Shown here: positions 12,846 through 27,934 of the stretch, piece after piece
Layout: each line of letters begins with the position of its first letter
How positions within the stretch are numbered: the first letter of the stretch is position 1
Source of the DNA: Eledone cirrhosa
Taxonomy: Eukaryota
Assembly (NCBI GenBank): GCA_964016885.1
Contig: OZ024760.1
Span: 16,740,001-16,804,000 of the forward strand
Direction: 5' to 3'
Length of the DNA: 64,000 bases
The notes under the pieces: model-generated
What the model was told of the DNA's origin: nothing
Database searches by the model: none
Seen by the model: the letters and a program-made list of their open reading frames with translations, nothing else
Made by a program: the position numbers and the translations under genes

Positions 12846-13019
12846 TATCCTCTATTGTTTTCCCATTGTTGATTTTCTCCTCTCCTTTACTCAATATAAA
12901 CCCCATTTTGTGATGTTTTTCATTTTTGTAATGTCACCAACATGTGCCTTTGTGGCTAATAAAAGATCATCATTATTATTATTATTGTTAAGTTATATTT
13001 ATTAATTATTGCTGTTATT

Positions 13020-13340
13020 GAGTGGTAGACTTAATACAGCACCTAGTTTAACACCACCACCTGGACTAAGGGTGATGGACTTAAACCACCACCTGGTCCT
13101 TGAGTGGTAAACTTAATCTACCACCTGGTCCTTGAGCAATAGACTTAATCCATCACCTGCTCCTTGAGCAATAGACTTAATCCATCACCTGCTCCTTGAG
13201 CAATAGACTTAATCCAACACTGAGTTTAACACCACCACTTGGTCCTTGGGTGGTAGATTTAATCAACTACCTGGCCCTTGAGTATTAGACTTATCCATCC
13301 TTTGGTTTAACACTTCCACCTGGTCCTTGGGAGGCTTAAG
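13020..13340. repeat. Degenerate ~32-bp minisatellite
   Basis: Recurrent TTGAGCAATAGACTTAATCCATCACCTGCTCC-like units. Confidence 0.7.
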
Positions 13341-13810
13341 TCCTGTCCACTATGTCATAAACATTTGGACCAGGTCTCGGGTTTAAGGAAACCTTCTACG
13401 CTACCACCCACTGCCACCAGTTCCGGAGGCCCTAAAAAGGGTAATGGGCTCTGAATAATCAGTAAAATTAATAAAACACACAGACTTACACACATAGACA
13501 CACACACACACACACAAGCACACAGACAAAAACATTCATTTTTGCACAAACGCTACAGATACATAGCCACACATATATGCATGCATGTATAAATATACAC
13601 ATATACATACACACATATAAATGTAAACATCTAGAGATATACACACATATACATAAACACATATACATACATACACATATGTAAACATATATAGATATAA
13701 ATGTTAAATAAATATATAAATATAAATGTTAAACCCTGAGGCAGAGCTCAAGCCGTTTCGACGGCTTGAGCTGGACTGAGTCCAGAAATAGCCGTCGAAA
13801 CGGCTTGAGA

Positions 13811-14050
13811 GTGAGAGAATATGCTCCGAAATCATTAGACGTGTCCGTCGAACCTGCGGGTCCAGAATCAGACAAATCCACACAATGATCGCGTCTCAAG
13901 CTGTCTGCCGGGGAAACAATTGTAACACACAATTGAGTTCAGATGCATCACTGATTTTTCGTTTTCTATTCTATCATACTCTGCTCTGTAAGAGCATAGA
14001 GTGTTCAACCGGCATACCGCCTATGGAAGCATCTCAGCTACCATCAGACA
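13811..14050 (+). mobile_element. Family D element with variant hammerhead (13841-13928) and tail
   Basis: CCGTCGA core 13845-13851, GAAA CAATTG TA, tail TACTC-TGCTC..GAGCA-TA-GAGTG shared with 61247-61318. Confidence 0.65.
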
Positions 14051-14075
14051 CACACACACACATATATACATACAC

Positions 14076-14106
<31 letters not shown>

Positions 14107-14291
14107 CAGTGAGAGAGCCTAGTGTTGAGATAAGCTGACTAAACTGTAAACGTGATTGTCAATATTTTAATTATTGTTTGTTGGTTACAACTGTTGGAGA
14201 TAATGGCCACCACTCCTGTATGGATTGCACTTTTGACTGAAATATTGCCTCTAACAATAGATAGATAAATATGTGTGTGTGTGTGTGTTTG

Positions 14292-14326
<35 letters not shown>

Positions 14327-14351
14327 TTGTGTGTTTGTATGTATATATGTG

Positions 14352-14382
<31 letters not shown>

Positions 14383-14457
14383 GCCAGTGTGTGTGAGTGT
14401 ATGTATATATATATTTATATATGTATGTATGCATATATATATTTATGTGTATGTATG

Positions 14458-14520
<63 letters not shown>

Positions 14521-14569
14521 ATATGTATGTATGTATTTTATGTATATATGTATGTATGTATATATATGT

Positions 14570-14600
<31 letters not shown>

Positions 14601-14684
14601 ATGTATATATGTATGTATGTATATATATATGTATGTATGTATGTATGTATATATGTATGTATGTATTTTATGTATATATGTATG

Positions 14685-14721
<37 letters not shown>

Positions 14722-15357
14722 ATATGTATGTATTTTATCTATATATGTATGTATATATATGTATGTATGTATATGTATATATGTATTTATGTATATGTAT
14801 GTGGATATATATGTATTTATGTATATATGTATGTGGATATATATGTATTTATGTATATATGTATGTATATATATATGTATTTATGTATATATGTATGTAT
14901 ATATATATGTGTATTTATGTATATATGTGTGTGTATGTATATATATATATGTATTTATGTATATATATGTGTGTATATATATGTACATACACGTAATGAG
15001 AGATAGGGCAAGACAAAGGGACAAATGAACCTTTAAAAGAAAGTTCATACTACACCTCACACTCACACACACACACACTCACACACACACACATACAGAA
15101 AAGACACACCCACACACACTTAATCATGCACAAACAGGCATATTTAACATACATCTGTAAGTATGCATGTATGTGCATATATATAAATATATATATATTT
15201 ATATACATGTGTATATACAGGTGTGTGTATATATATAGGTGCATGTATATATATATATATATATATATATAGGTATATATATATGTGTGTGTGTATATAT
15301 ATATATATAGGTATATATATATATGTGTGTGTATATATATATATATAGGTATATATA

Positions 15358-15389
<32 letters not shown>

Positions 15390-15699
15390 GGTATATATAT
15401 ATATATAGGTATATATATATAAGTATATATATATATATATATGTGTGTGTGCATATGTAGGTATATATATATATATAGGTATATGTATATATATATATAT
15501 AGGTATATATATATATAGGTATATGTATATATATAGGTATATGTATATATGTATATATATATATATAGGTATATGTATATATATATATATAGGTATATAT
15601 ATATAGGTATATATATATATATATATATATATAGGTATATATATATATATATAGGTATATGTATATATATAGGTATATGTATGTATATATATATATAAG

Positions 15700-15731
<32 letters not shown>

Positions 15732-15825
15732 GGTATATATATATAGGTATATGTATATATATAGGTATATAGGTATATGTATATATATAGCTATATGTAT
15801 ATATATGTATATATATGTATATATG

Positions 15826-15857
<32 letters not shown>

Positions 15858-16703
15858 ATGTGCATATATATATATATGTGAATGTATATATATATATATA
15901 TATATATATATGTGCATATATATATATGTAAATATATGCATGTGTGAGTGTGTGTGTGTGTGAGAGTATGTGTGTGTGTTTGTGAGTATATATATATATA
16001 TGTGTGTGTGTGTATGTGTATGTATGTGTGTTGTTACAGTTATTTCTATGAATAATAATTTTAGAGCTACAAGAATCATTAGTGACCTAGGATGGGACGA
16101 AATCAGATTTAGTCCATCTTCCTTGATATCTGGCTGTACTTGTTGATGTGGTGGTGGTCTTCATTCATTTCCACCTAACTGAAACATTTAAACACACAAC
16201 AACAACAATAGGAGCGTCTTGAGAAGAAGAAAAAGAAGGGACTCCTTTTAATTGTTTCTGTTTGATTTACAAAACTATCTAAAATTGATGTGCCAGTGGT
16301 GCTGAGTTTCTTTGGGTTCACATGTACCCGCTAACTTAATTTAATTCAGGCTTATTTGTTGTAACACACCATGTGTTCACATGTACCCTTAACTTAATTC
16401 AGGGTGATCCATTGTAACACATCATGTGACAAAGTAGACTCTTTCAATTATAGATTCACCTCATCTTTAAACCCTGCTGAGTGAACTTGGAGCAACATAA
16501 GATAAAGTGTTTGGCTTGAGGACTTGAGGGCACAACACACCACACCTCCCAGTCCAGGAATCGAACTCATGACTTTAGAATTGTGAACCCAACATTTTAA
16601 CCACTAAGCCACGTGCCCTCACTTGAAAGGATTAAAAAGAGGGGACGGAGTGTCAAAGAGAGACAGAAACCGCCTAAAAAAAAGAAGATAAAAACCTTTC
16701 AAC

Positions 16704-16715
16704 ATGAAAGTCAAG
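16704..16715 (+). CDS. Putative first coding exon (MKVK) of the SLC16/MCT-like gene
   Basis: caacATG context, strong AAG/gtatgt donor, phase 0 matches the Met-less exon at 17413. Confidence 0.45.
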
Positions 16716-17158
16716 GTATGTGGAATATATTTAATTTTGTTTCTTGAATATTTGTAGCTTTAAAAGGTAAGGTTTGGTATGTATGGCCTCCATAACTCTT
16801 GATGGAGTTGTAGGGCTCCTGTAGAGATGTACAGCCTTTCTTGGGCATTTTAACCCTTTACCATTTACATTACTGTATATTTACTATTGCATTTTCACAG
16901 TAAAGGCTTTATCTCACATAATATCGAATCTATGAGATTTTGATATTATTTATGTATTACATGATGTTATTTATTTTGAGAACAATACCTTAACGTCAGT
17001 AGGAGCTGCCAGTTATAAGATGGGGAAGTGAGGCCATATTAACCCATACCTGGGACCCTAAGTATTCAGGTGTTTTGACCCACCTATCAGGTACTTGAAT
17101 CTTTAATCCCTCTAAAGCAAAAAAAAAAATGTTGACAGACTTCCTAGTCCCTCATTTT

Positions 17159-17213
<55 letters not shown>

Positions 17214-17412
17214 AGAGAGAGAGAGAGAAAGAGGGGTGAGCGAGAGAGAGAGGGGATGAGCAGGAGATAGAAAGAGAGAGAGAGAGATTACATGGAAGAA
17301 TGAGGGAAGATATAGTATTGTACTCTTTCTGTTGATGTTTCTCACAATAAATACACCCAACCACCATCCTTTTTATTTATTTTTTTCTTCTATCTTTGTG
17401 TGTTTTTTTCAG

Positions 17413-17705
17413 AAACAATTCCAGTGTGCTGCCAAAGAGAATATTGATATATTTGCCATAACAGAATCAAAACCAGTTCTGAGGAGATTCGGTGACTTTG
17501 ACAGTCCATGGACGACGACAACTGTTGCATCAAATAAAACAGTGGAAAATTATTGTTTTGAAATTTCTCCGTGTAAAATACATTCTTCGTTAGAAGATTC
17601 GTTAAATCCTGAGAATATTAAACAGACTTTAACAGAAAATGGAAGTAAAATAGAGCCAACAGTGATACAGGAGGAGAATGGTGCCAGGACCAGGGAACAA
17701 CAGGG
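17413..17705 (+). CDS. Hydrophilic coding exon, probably the N-terminal extension of the SLC16/MCT-like protein
   Basis: Polypyrimidine-cag acceptor, 97 open codons of complex sequence (KQFQCAAKENID...REQQ), GG/gtaaat donor in phase 2 compatible with the exon at 44841; linkage crosses the N gap. Confidence 0.6.
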
Positions 17706-17779
17706 GTAAATATAATTACTGATATTTTATATTTGATTGTTGTTGTTTTTACTGACATTGTTGTTGTAGTAGGGGCTTT

Positions 17780-18890
17780 TTGATGTTGTGGTTGCTGGTG
17801 TTGTTGTTATTGTTGTGGTTGTTGGTGTTATTGTCTTGTAGTGGTTGTTGGTGTTGTTGTTTGTGGTGGTTGTTGGTGTTGTTGTTTGTGGTGGTTGTTG
17901 GTGTTGTTGTTTGTGGTGGTTGTTGGTGTTGTTGTTTGTGGTGGTTGTTGGTGTTGTTGTTTGTGGTGGTTGTTGGTGTTGTTGTTTGTGGTGGTTGTTG
18001 TTGTTATTGTTGTGGTTGTTGTTTGTGGTGGTTGTTGTTGTTGTGGTTGTTGTTTGTGGTGGTTGTTGTTGTTATTGTTGTGGTTGTTGTTTGTGGTGGT
18101 TGTTGTTGTTGTGGTTGTTGTTTGTGGTGGTTGTTGTTGTTATTGTTGTGGTTGTTGTTTGTGGTGGTTGTTGTTGTTGTGGTTGTTGTTTGTGGTGGTT
18201 GTTGTTGTTATTGTTGTGGTTGTTGTTTGTGGTGGTTGTTGTGGTTGTTGTTTGTGGTGGTTGTTATTGTTGTGGTTGTTGGTGTTGTTGTTGTCATTGT
18301 TGTGGTTGTTGGTGTTGTTGTTATTGTGGTTGTTGTTGGTGTTGTTGTTATTGTTGTGGTTGTTGTTAAAATTTGACATTTTTAATAAAGAAAGAAAGAG
18401 AATGGTTTTGGTTCCACATTGACCTTCTGAGGTAACCTTTGACCTCCATGTCAGCTCAGTAAAGGTGTGGGTTAGGACGTTGTATTGTATGAGGGGTGGT
18501 GGGGTACATAACAATGGTTAGTCCATGTTTTATGTCATCATCATCATCATCATCATCAGTTTCAACATCGTTATCCCTGGCAGCAGCAGTATCATCACGA
18601 TCGTCATCATCATCATTGTCATCATCATCGTCATCACCATCACCACCATCGTCATCACCATCACTACCATCGTCACCATCATCACCATCGTCATTATCAT
18701 CGTCACCATCGCCATCATCATCACCATCATCACCATCACCGTCATCACCATCACCACCATCATCACCATCATTGTCATCACCATCACCACCATCACTATC
18801 GCCATCATCCTCATCATCACCATCACCACCACCATCACTATCATCTCCATCATCGCCATCATCCTCATATCGTCGTCGTTGTTGTTGTTT
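17780..18890. repeat. (GTT/GGT)n and (CAT/CAC)n trinucleotide low-complexity blocks
   Basis: Direct reading. Confidence 0.9.
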
Positions 18891-19319
18891 ATGATCAGCT
18901 CAGCCTTGTTCCAACCGTGGCCTTCACGTTTGTTTGTATATGGAGGAGACACACTACATAGTCCAATGTGTCATGTATTGTTTTAAATGGTATAAGAGGC
19001 GAGGGTGAGAGTGATTTCAGGATGATTTGGCTGCTATTTCTAGCAGTTGGAGAAACACCCAGGACGGCTTATTGTCGTTAGTCGAAGGGAAGTAACTCCA
19101 GTTATTAATGATTTTGTTAGGGGAGCTAACTCTAGTTTCCAATGATTTCTAATTTAGGCGCAAGGCCAGCACCATCGGTAGACATCGGACGGCATGCTTC
19201 ACGGCACAGAGCTACGTCCCTTTATGTTCTGAGTTTGAATCCTGTCATAGTTAGCTTTGCCTTTCATCCTTACGCGGTCGATAAAATAAAGTAGCAGTAA
19301 TGCACTGGGGGTTGAGAAA

Positions 19320-19500
19320 GATGGTTGGATAACATCGAGGAGCTTGGCTGGTCTCGCTTTGGGGGATCCAGCCTGATCAGTTGGAGACGGTTGCTTCTGA
19401 CAGGACCTTCTGGAAGGTGTGCTTAAGGGCTCTGCCCCCCATCCCCCTTCCCGTGACCCCCTCGGGAATAAGTAGGCGAAGGAGAAGATGAAGAAGAATA
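19320..19500 (+). mobile_element. Expander/Rex3-like RTE 3' end; second copy 36600-36765
   Basis: RWLDNIEELGWSRL.IQPDQLETVASDRTFWKVCLRALPP resembles RWRDYIS.LAWERLGIPPEELEEVA.EREVW..LLRLLPP. Confidence 0.65.
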
Positions 19501-19745
19501 TCTCTTTAAATAAAATTTTAATGGACAATAAATTGGGTTAAAAATAATTGATATAGGATGTCTGTCTGTCTGTCTGTCTGTATATTAGTATGTGTGTATG
19601 TGTGGGTGTGCCTGTGTGTACATAAGAGGGTGTGAATGTGCGTGTGTATGTGAGTGTGCGTGTGTGTGTAGATGGGAGAACGAGCAGGAAAAAAGAGAGA
19701 GAGGAAGGAGGAAAGAGGCATAAATTGTTTTGTTTTGTTAAAGAT

Positions 19746-20405
19746 GATGGTGGTGGTGGTGGTGGTGGTAGTGGTTGTAGTGGTGGTGGTGGTAGTGGTT
19801 GTAGTGGTGGTGGTGGTGGTTGTAGTGGTGATGGTGGCGGTGGTGGTAGTAGTGGTTGTAGTGGTGATGGTGGTGGTGGTGGTGGTAGTAGTGGTTGTAG
19901 TGGTGATGGTGGTGGTGGTGGTAGTGGTTGTAATGGTGGTGGTGGTGGTAGTGGTTGTAGTGGTGATGGTGGTGGTGGTGGTAGTGGTTGTAGTGGTGAT
20001 GGTGATGGTGGTGCTAGTGGTTGTAGTGGTGGTAGTGGTAGTAGTGGTTGTAGTGGTGATGGTGGTGGTGGTGGTAGTGGTTGTAGTGGTGATGGTGGTG
20101 GTGGTGGTAGTGGTTGTAGTGGTGATGGTGGTGGTGGTGCTAGTGGTTGTAGTGGTGGTAGTGGTAGTAGTGGTTGTAGTGGTGATGGTGGTGGTGGTGG
20201 TAGTGGTTGTAGTGGTAGTAGTGGTTGTAGTGGTGATGGTGGTGGTGGTGGTAGTGGTTGTAGTGGTGGTGGTCGTGGTAGTGGTTGTAGTGGTGATGGT
20301 GGTAGTGGTTGTAGTGGTGATGGTGGTAGTGGTTGTAGTGGTGGTAATGGTGGTGGTTGTGGTTGTGGTAGTGGGCTAATGGTTGTGATGGTGTTGGTGT
20401 TGGTG
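19746..20405. repeat. (GGT)n-derived minisatellite
   Basis: AGTGGTTGTAGTGGTGATGGT(GGT)n units. Confidence 0.9.
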
Positions 20406-20423
20406 TTTATATAGATATGTATG

Positions 20424-20454
<31 letters not shown>

Positions 20455-20483
20455 ATATTTATATATATATGTATGTATGTATG

Positions 20484-20514
<31 letters not shown>

Positions 20515-20980
20515 GCAGAGGTTATATTTAATTTGTTGGGATTCAACAAGCTTTAAAAAATTTATAACTGATATAAAGCACTCAACAGTTTAGTGGAGTA
20601 AATATACAATATATAAATAAATGGAAATTATATTTATAAAATCATATTTATTTTATTATACATATTTCAAGGGCAACCAAGGCAAATTATGGTGCGCTTT
20701 CATCAGATAAAATACAGATTTGTTTTATAAATAAATATTGACATACCCGGAAAAAAGACAACCTTAACGGTTGGAGCTTCCTGGATAGGGAACGAGAAGG
20801 AAGCTCCAACCGTTAAGGTTGTCTTTTTTCCGGGTATGTCAATATTTATTTATAAAACAAATCTGTATTTTATCTGATGAAAGCGCACCATAATTTGCCT
20901 TGGTTGCCCTTGAAATATATATAATAAAATAAATATGGTTTTATAAATATAGTTTCCATTTATTAATATATTGTATATTT
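20515..20980. mobile_element. Family A-related fold-back element with two hammerheads
   Basis: Arms 20601-20781 and 20798-20980; tail on the minus strand. Confidence 0.75.
20867..20930 (+). ncRNA. Minimal type I hammerhead ribozyme motif
   Basis: ATTTTAT CTGATGA AAG-..-CTT GAAA TATATA TA ATAAAAT; 7-bp stem I, palindromic stem III. Confidence 0.75.
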
Positions 20981-21105
20981 ATATATATATATGTATGTAT
21001 ATATATGTATATATATATTTATATATATATATGTATATATATATTTATATATATATATGTATGTATATATATGTATATATATATTTATATATATATATAT
21101 ATTTG

Positions 21106-21143
<38 letters not shown>

Positions 21144-21277
21144 AGTATGTACACGTACATACATATATGTATACAGACGTACAGTAGTATGTATATATAT
21201 ACATACATGAACACATACATATATATATATGTACGTATGGATTCACCGATACGTTCAACAATCTGGCAGGAAGGTAT

Positions 21278-21320
21278 ACGTTGCTGACGATAGCTAATAA
21301 GCTTGAAACTAGTACAGCGT
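21278..21320 (+). ncRNA. Minimal hammerhead ribozyme motif (family K, within element 21230-21442 that has short inverted ends)
   Basis: ACGTTG CTGACGA T-AGCT-AATA-AGCT-T GAAA CTAG TA CAGCGT. Confidence 0.75.
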
Positions 21321-21603
21321 TCCTTTGTCAGTGTTGAACAAACGAGCAACGATGGTTGCTGGACACTACGGCTTAATACAGGATGTTTGTTTACAAACAC
21401 ACCGAGCATTATAATAAATGTTCGGTGAATCCATACGTACATATATATATGTGTGTACGTACATATATATATATGTATGTATATATATATACATACTACT
21501 GTACGTCTGTATACATATAAGTATGTACGCGTACATACTTATATTTAAGTAACAACCGTACTAAGAGTGGGAAATGAAATTTCGTTTCATTTGTTCCGTT
21601 TAT

Positions 21604-21717
<114 letters not shown>

Positions 21718-21782
21718 ATATGTATGTATATATATATATATATGTATGTATATATATATATATATATATGTGTGTATATATA

Positions 21783-21826
<44 letters not shown>

Positions 21827-21961
21827 TATATACATACATATATATATATACATATATATATATATATGAATATATATATACATATATATATATATGAATA
21901 TATATATACATATATATATATATATGAATATATACATACATATATATATATACATATATAC

Positions 21962-21995
<34 letters not shown>

Positions 21996-22407
21996 GATAA
22001 TAATGGAGCTGCGGCGTTGCAAATGGGATACATATGAAAAAGTGAGTCCTTCATCAGTGAGCCTCCAACCGTCCCAGGCATTTCATCGCTTTAAGGGCCA
22101 TATACCTCAGGTTGGTGCGAACAACGGCTAAAAAAAGTCGTTGGGACACGTAAATAAAGAGAACGTTAGGGTGAACAAACAAAATGGTTTAGGCAACAGA
22201 AAGTGAGAAGAAAGAGACAAGTCCCAGATTTCTATGAATATAAACTCGATAAAACCGTGAACTAGAGAATAAAGACCATCAAACCTGGTTGAAATGTGAG
22301 CGAGGAAGGAATTTCGCACAGGTCTAACGGGGAGGGAAGAAGAAGGGGTCTGGTCTGCGAATTCGGTAAACCTAAGTTCTGTGAAGACGCAGACGAGAGA
22401 GAGAGAG

Positions 22408-22484
<77 letters not shown>

Positions 22485-22689
22485 CATACACATATATACA
22501 TATATATATATATATATATACATATATATACATACATATATATATATATACATATATATATATACATATATATATACATATATACATGTACATATATATA
22601 TATATGTATATATATATATACATATATATATACATATATATATATACATATATATATACATATATATATACATATCTATATATACATAT

Positions 22690-22720
<31 letters not shown>

Positions 22721-22725
22721 CATAT

Positions 22726-22758
<33 letters not shown>

Positions 22759-23031
22759 CATATATATTCATATATATATATATATACACATATATATATA
22801 CATATATATATACATATATATATATACATATATATATATACATATATATATACACATATATATATACATATATATATACATATATATACAGATATATATG
22901 TAGGAGGTGAGTTTTATTGTAGTACAATGATGAAAACACAAATGTTATTGCATGATGATATTTGTTTTTGAAATCCGCATAATAAAATACATGGAACTCT
23001 TTTAACCATCTTTTGATCTTATATATTATAC

Positions 23032-23247
<216 letters not shown>

Positions 23248-23262
23248 GTATAATATATATAC

Positions 23263-23320
<58 letters not shown>

Positions 23321-23335
23321 GTATAATATATATAC

Positions 23336-23608
<273 letters not shown>

Positions 23609-23724
23609 AATATATACATATATATATATATACACACATACACACATATATGTGTGTGTGTGTGTGTGTGTGTGCACGCGTTGTGACTGACGTTAGAGTA
23701 CACGTAGTCCTCTAGCCACTATAT

Positions 23725-24921
23725 ACGCCCACACACATACACAAACGCTCACATATATACACACATGTATAGACATACATACACCAACACACACACAAAC
23801 GCTCACATATATACACACATGTATAGACATACATACACCAACACACACACAAACGCTCACATATATACACACATGTATAGACATACATACACCAACACAC
23901 ACACAAACGCTCACACACATGTATAGACATACATACGCAGACACACATACACAAACGCTCACATATATACACACATGTATAGACATACATACACCAACAC
24001 ATACACAAACGCTCACATATATACACACATGTATAGACATACATACGCAGACACACATACACAAACGCTCACATATATACACACATGTATAGACATACAT
24101 ACACCAACACATACACAAACGCTCACATATATACACACATGTATAGACACACATACGCAGACACACATACACAAACGCTCACATATATACACACATGTAT
24201 AGACACACATACGCAGACACATACACAAACGCTCACATATATACACACATGTATAGACATACATACACCAACACACACACAAACGCTCACATATATACAC
24301 ACATGTATAGACATACATACGCAGACACACATACACAAACGCTCACATATATACACACATGTATAGACATACATACGCAGACACACATACACAAACGCTC
24401 ACATATATACACACATGTATAGACATACATACACCAACACACACACAAACGCTCACATATATACACACATGTATAGACATACATACACCAACACACACAC
24501 AAACGCTCACATATATACACACATGTATAGACATACATACGCAGACACACATACACAAACGCTCACATATATACACACATGTATAGACATACATACGCAG
24601 ACACACATACACAAACGCTCACATATATACACACACATATATACATACATACGCAGACACACATACACAAACGCTCACATATATACACACATGTATAGAC
24701 ACACATACACAAACGCTCACATATATACACACATGTATAGACATACATACGCAGACACACTTACACAAACGCTCACATATATACACACAATGTATAGACA
24801 TACATACGCAGACACACATACACAAACGCTCACATATATACACACACGTATAGACATACATACGCAGACACACTTACACCCACACACACATATATACACA
24901 CATGTATAGACACACTTACAC
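23725..24921. repeat. ~54-56-bp CA/TA-derived minisatellite running into the gap
   Basis: Recurrent CACAAACGCTCACATATATACACACATGTATAGACATACATAC units. Confidence 0.9.
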
Positions 24922-25121
24922 NNNNNNNNNNNNNNNNNNNNNNNNNNNNNNNNNNNNNNNNNNNNNNNNNNNNNNNNNNNNNNNNNNNNNNNNNNNNNNN
25001 NNNNNNNNNNNNNNNNNNNNNNNNNNNNNNNNNNNNNNNNNNNNNNNNNNNNNNNNNNNNNNNNNNNNNNNNNNNNNNNNNNNNNNNNNNNNNNNNNNNN
25101 NNNNNNNNNNNNNNNNNNNNN
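24922..25121. other. Assembly gap (200 N)
   Basis: Run of n. Confidence 1.
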
Positions 25122-25394
25122 AGATGCCAGATAGAACGGTGGCTATATTTTCATGTTCATCAGAAAGACTCTGTCACCTCTAAACGAACGGAGTAGGTCT
25201 CGTTTAATACAGACATCTTTGTGACGGCTTGGAGAAGGATTTAACAGAATGGCTAATGATATTGATAATAAAGAAGTGCAACAACACTGAAGTGTTCTTT
25301 TAACAACAGTAGACAGCAATTAATGTCGTCTCCCGAAACACAGAAGTTGAGGTAAATATATTGATATTGATGGTAAATATTGGCTGTTTATAGA

Positions 25395-26060
25395 GTGGTG
25401 GTGGTGGTGGTGGTTGTAGTGGTGATGGTGGTGGTGGTTGTTGTGGTGGTTGTAGTGGTGGTGGTTGTTGTGGTGGTGGTGGTGGTTGTTGTGGTGGTGG
25501 TGGTGGTGGTGGTTGTTGTTGTGGTGGTTGTAGTGGTGGTGGTTGTTGTGGTGGTGGTGGTGGTGGTTGTAGTGTTGTGGTTGTTGTGGTGGTGGTTGAG
25601 GTTGTGGTGGTGGTGGTTGTGGTGATGGTTGTTGTGGTGATGGTTGTGGTGGTTGTTGTGGTGATGGTTGTGGTGGTTGTTGTGGTGGTGGTGGTGGTTG
25701 TAGTGGTTGTGGTGGTTGTAGTGGTGGTGGTTGTTGTGGTGGTGGTGGTTGTGGTGATGGTTGTGGTGGTTGTTGTGGTGGTGGTGGTGGTTGTAGTGGT
25801 TGTGGTGGTTGTAGTGGTGGTGGTTGTTGTGGTGGTGGTGGTTGTTGTGGTGGTGATGGTTGTGGTGGTGATGGTTGTGGTGCTGGTGGTTGTGGTGGTG
25901 ATGGTTGTGGTGGTGATGGTTGTTGTGATTGTGGTTGTAGTGGTTGTGGTTGTAGTGGTTGTGGTTGTGGTGGTGATGGTTGTGGTTGTTGTGGTGGTTG
26001 TGGTTGTTGTGGTGGTTGTTGTGGTGGTGATGGTTGTGGTTGTTGTGGTGGTTGTTGTAG
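25395..26060. repeat. (GGT/TGT)n low-complexity block
   Basis: Direct reading. Confidence 0.9.
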
Positions 26061-26093
26061 TCTTTTACCGACATACACACACATATATATTGC

Positions 26094-26125
<32 letters not shown>

Positions 26126-26187
26126 GTGTGTATCTGAGTGTATAGACACACAATATGTGTATATAAATATGTAACAATATATATATA

Positions 26188-26243
<56 letters not shown>

Positions 26244-26330
26244 ATAATTATATATATATATTGTATTATATTTTAAATATTACATATTTATATACACGTA
26301 TTGTGTGTGTCTATACACTCAGATACACAC

Positions 26331-26405
<75 letters not shown>

Positions 26406-26566
26406 CACACACACATATATACACACACACATATATACACACTACACACACATATATATACACTCTGATACGAAGCGGCATCATGTCCTAATATTTCAAT
26501 GAAAGACATGGATTTGTTATATTTAGAATTTTCTTCGCATTCACTCTTTCTCCGTATACACGTATG

Positions 26567-26626
<60 letters not shown>

Positions 26627-26641
26627 CATATATATACATAC

Positions 26642-26674
<33 letters not shown>

Positions 26675-26678
26675 GATA

Positions 26679-26714
<36 letters not shown>

Positions 26715-26809
26715 CATACATATACATATATATATATACATATATATATATATACATACATATATATATATATACATACATATATATATATACATACATA
26801 TATATATAT

Positions 26810-26864
<55 letters not shown>

Positions 26865-26911
26865 CATATATATATATACATACATATATATATATACATA
26901 CATATATATAT

Positions 26912-26976
<65 letters not shown>

Positions 26977-27049
26977 TACGGTGTATATAGAGAGAAAGAC
27001 GCATGGCTCTTTATATATTTAGAAGATCGATATATATGTGTGTGTATCC

Positions 27050-27081
<32 letters not shown>

Positions 27082-27250
27082 GGATACACACACATATATA
27101 TCGATCTTCTAAATATATAAAGAGCCATATACGGATACACACACATATATATCGATCTTCTAAATATATAAAGAGCCATGCGTCTTTCTCTCTATATACA
27201 CCGTAGACACTGTGCACACATATATACACACATACGTACCTGTATGTATG

Positions 27251-27344
<94 letters not shown>

Positions 27345-27533
27345 GAAGGATTCGGGACCCCAACGGCTAAGCTCGTGCCGTTTCAACAGCTAGATCTAGC
27401 TGTTGAAATAGCAGGAGCTCAGCCGTTGGGGTCCCGAATCCTTCCAATCACCCACTCCACTACTGCAAGTGTCGAGTACTCTGGTGAGTTATGGTCTAAC
27501 TGGTTTTTACTGTATCCTTTCTGATTTATATAT

Positions 27534-27595
<62 letters not shown>

Positions 27596-27622
27596 CCAGT
27601 TTTGTATAGAACCTTCCATTTT

Positions 27623-27693
<71 letters not shown>

Positions 27694-27934
27694 GTATGTA
27701 TATATGTGTGTGTGTGTGTGTGTCCTTTTTATATTCATTTTCCATTATTTTCTATGTGAAATCACGTTAAAAGAGATATTGTTTTTCTCTGGAAGAGTCC
27801 CGTTATCAATAAAAACACACGCCCTAGTCATTATATATTTCAATTTAATATAAGTCTTGTAATTAATCCATTCATTGCTTAGTAACCGAGTGACTGTTTG
27901 TCATATAAATTGTCAATGCTGTAGCTACTGCCTC

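Noticed and set aside
19632-20414. Gly/Ser/Cys-rich loricrin-like ORF
   Set aside because: Trinucleotide-derived repeat open in multiple frames.
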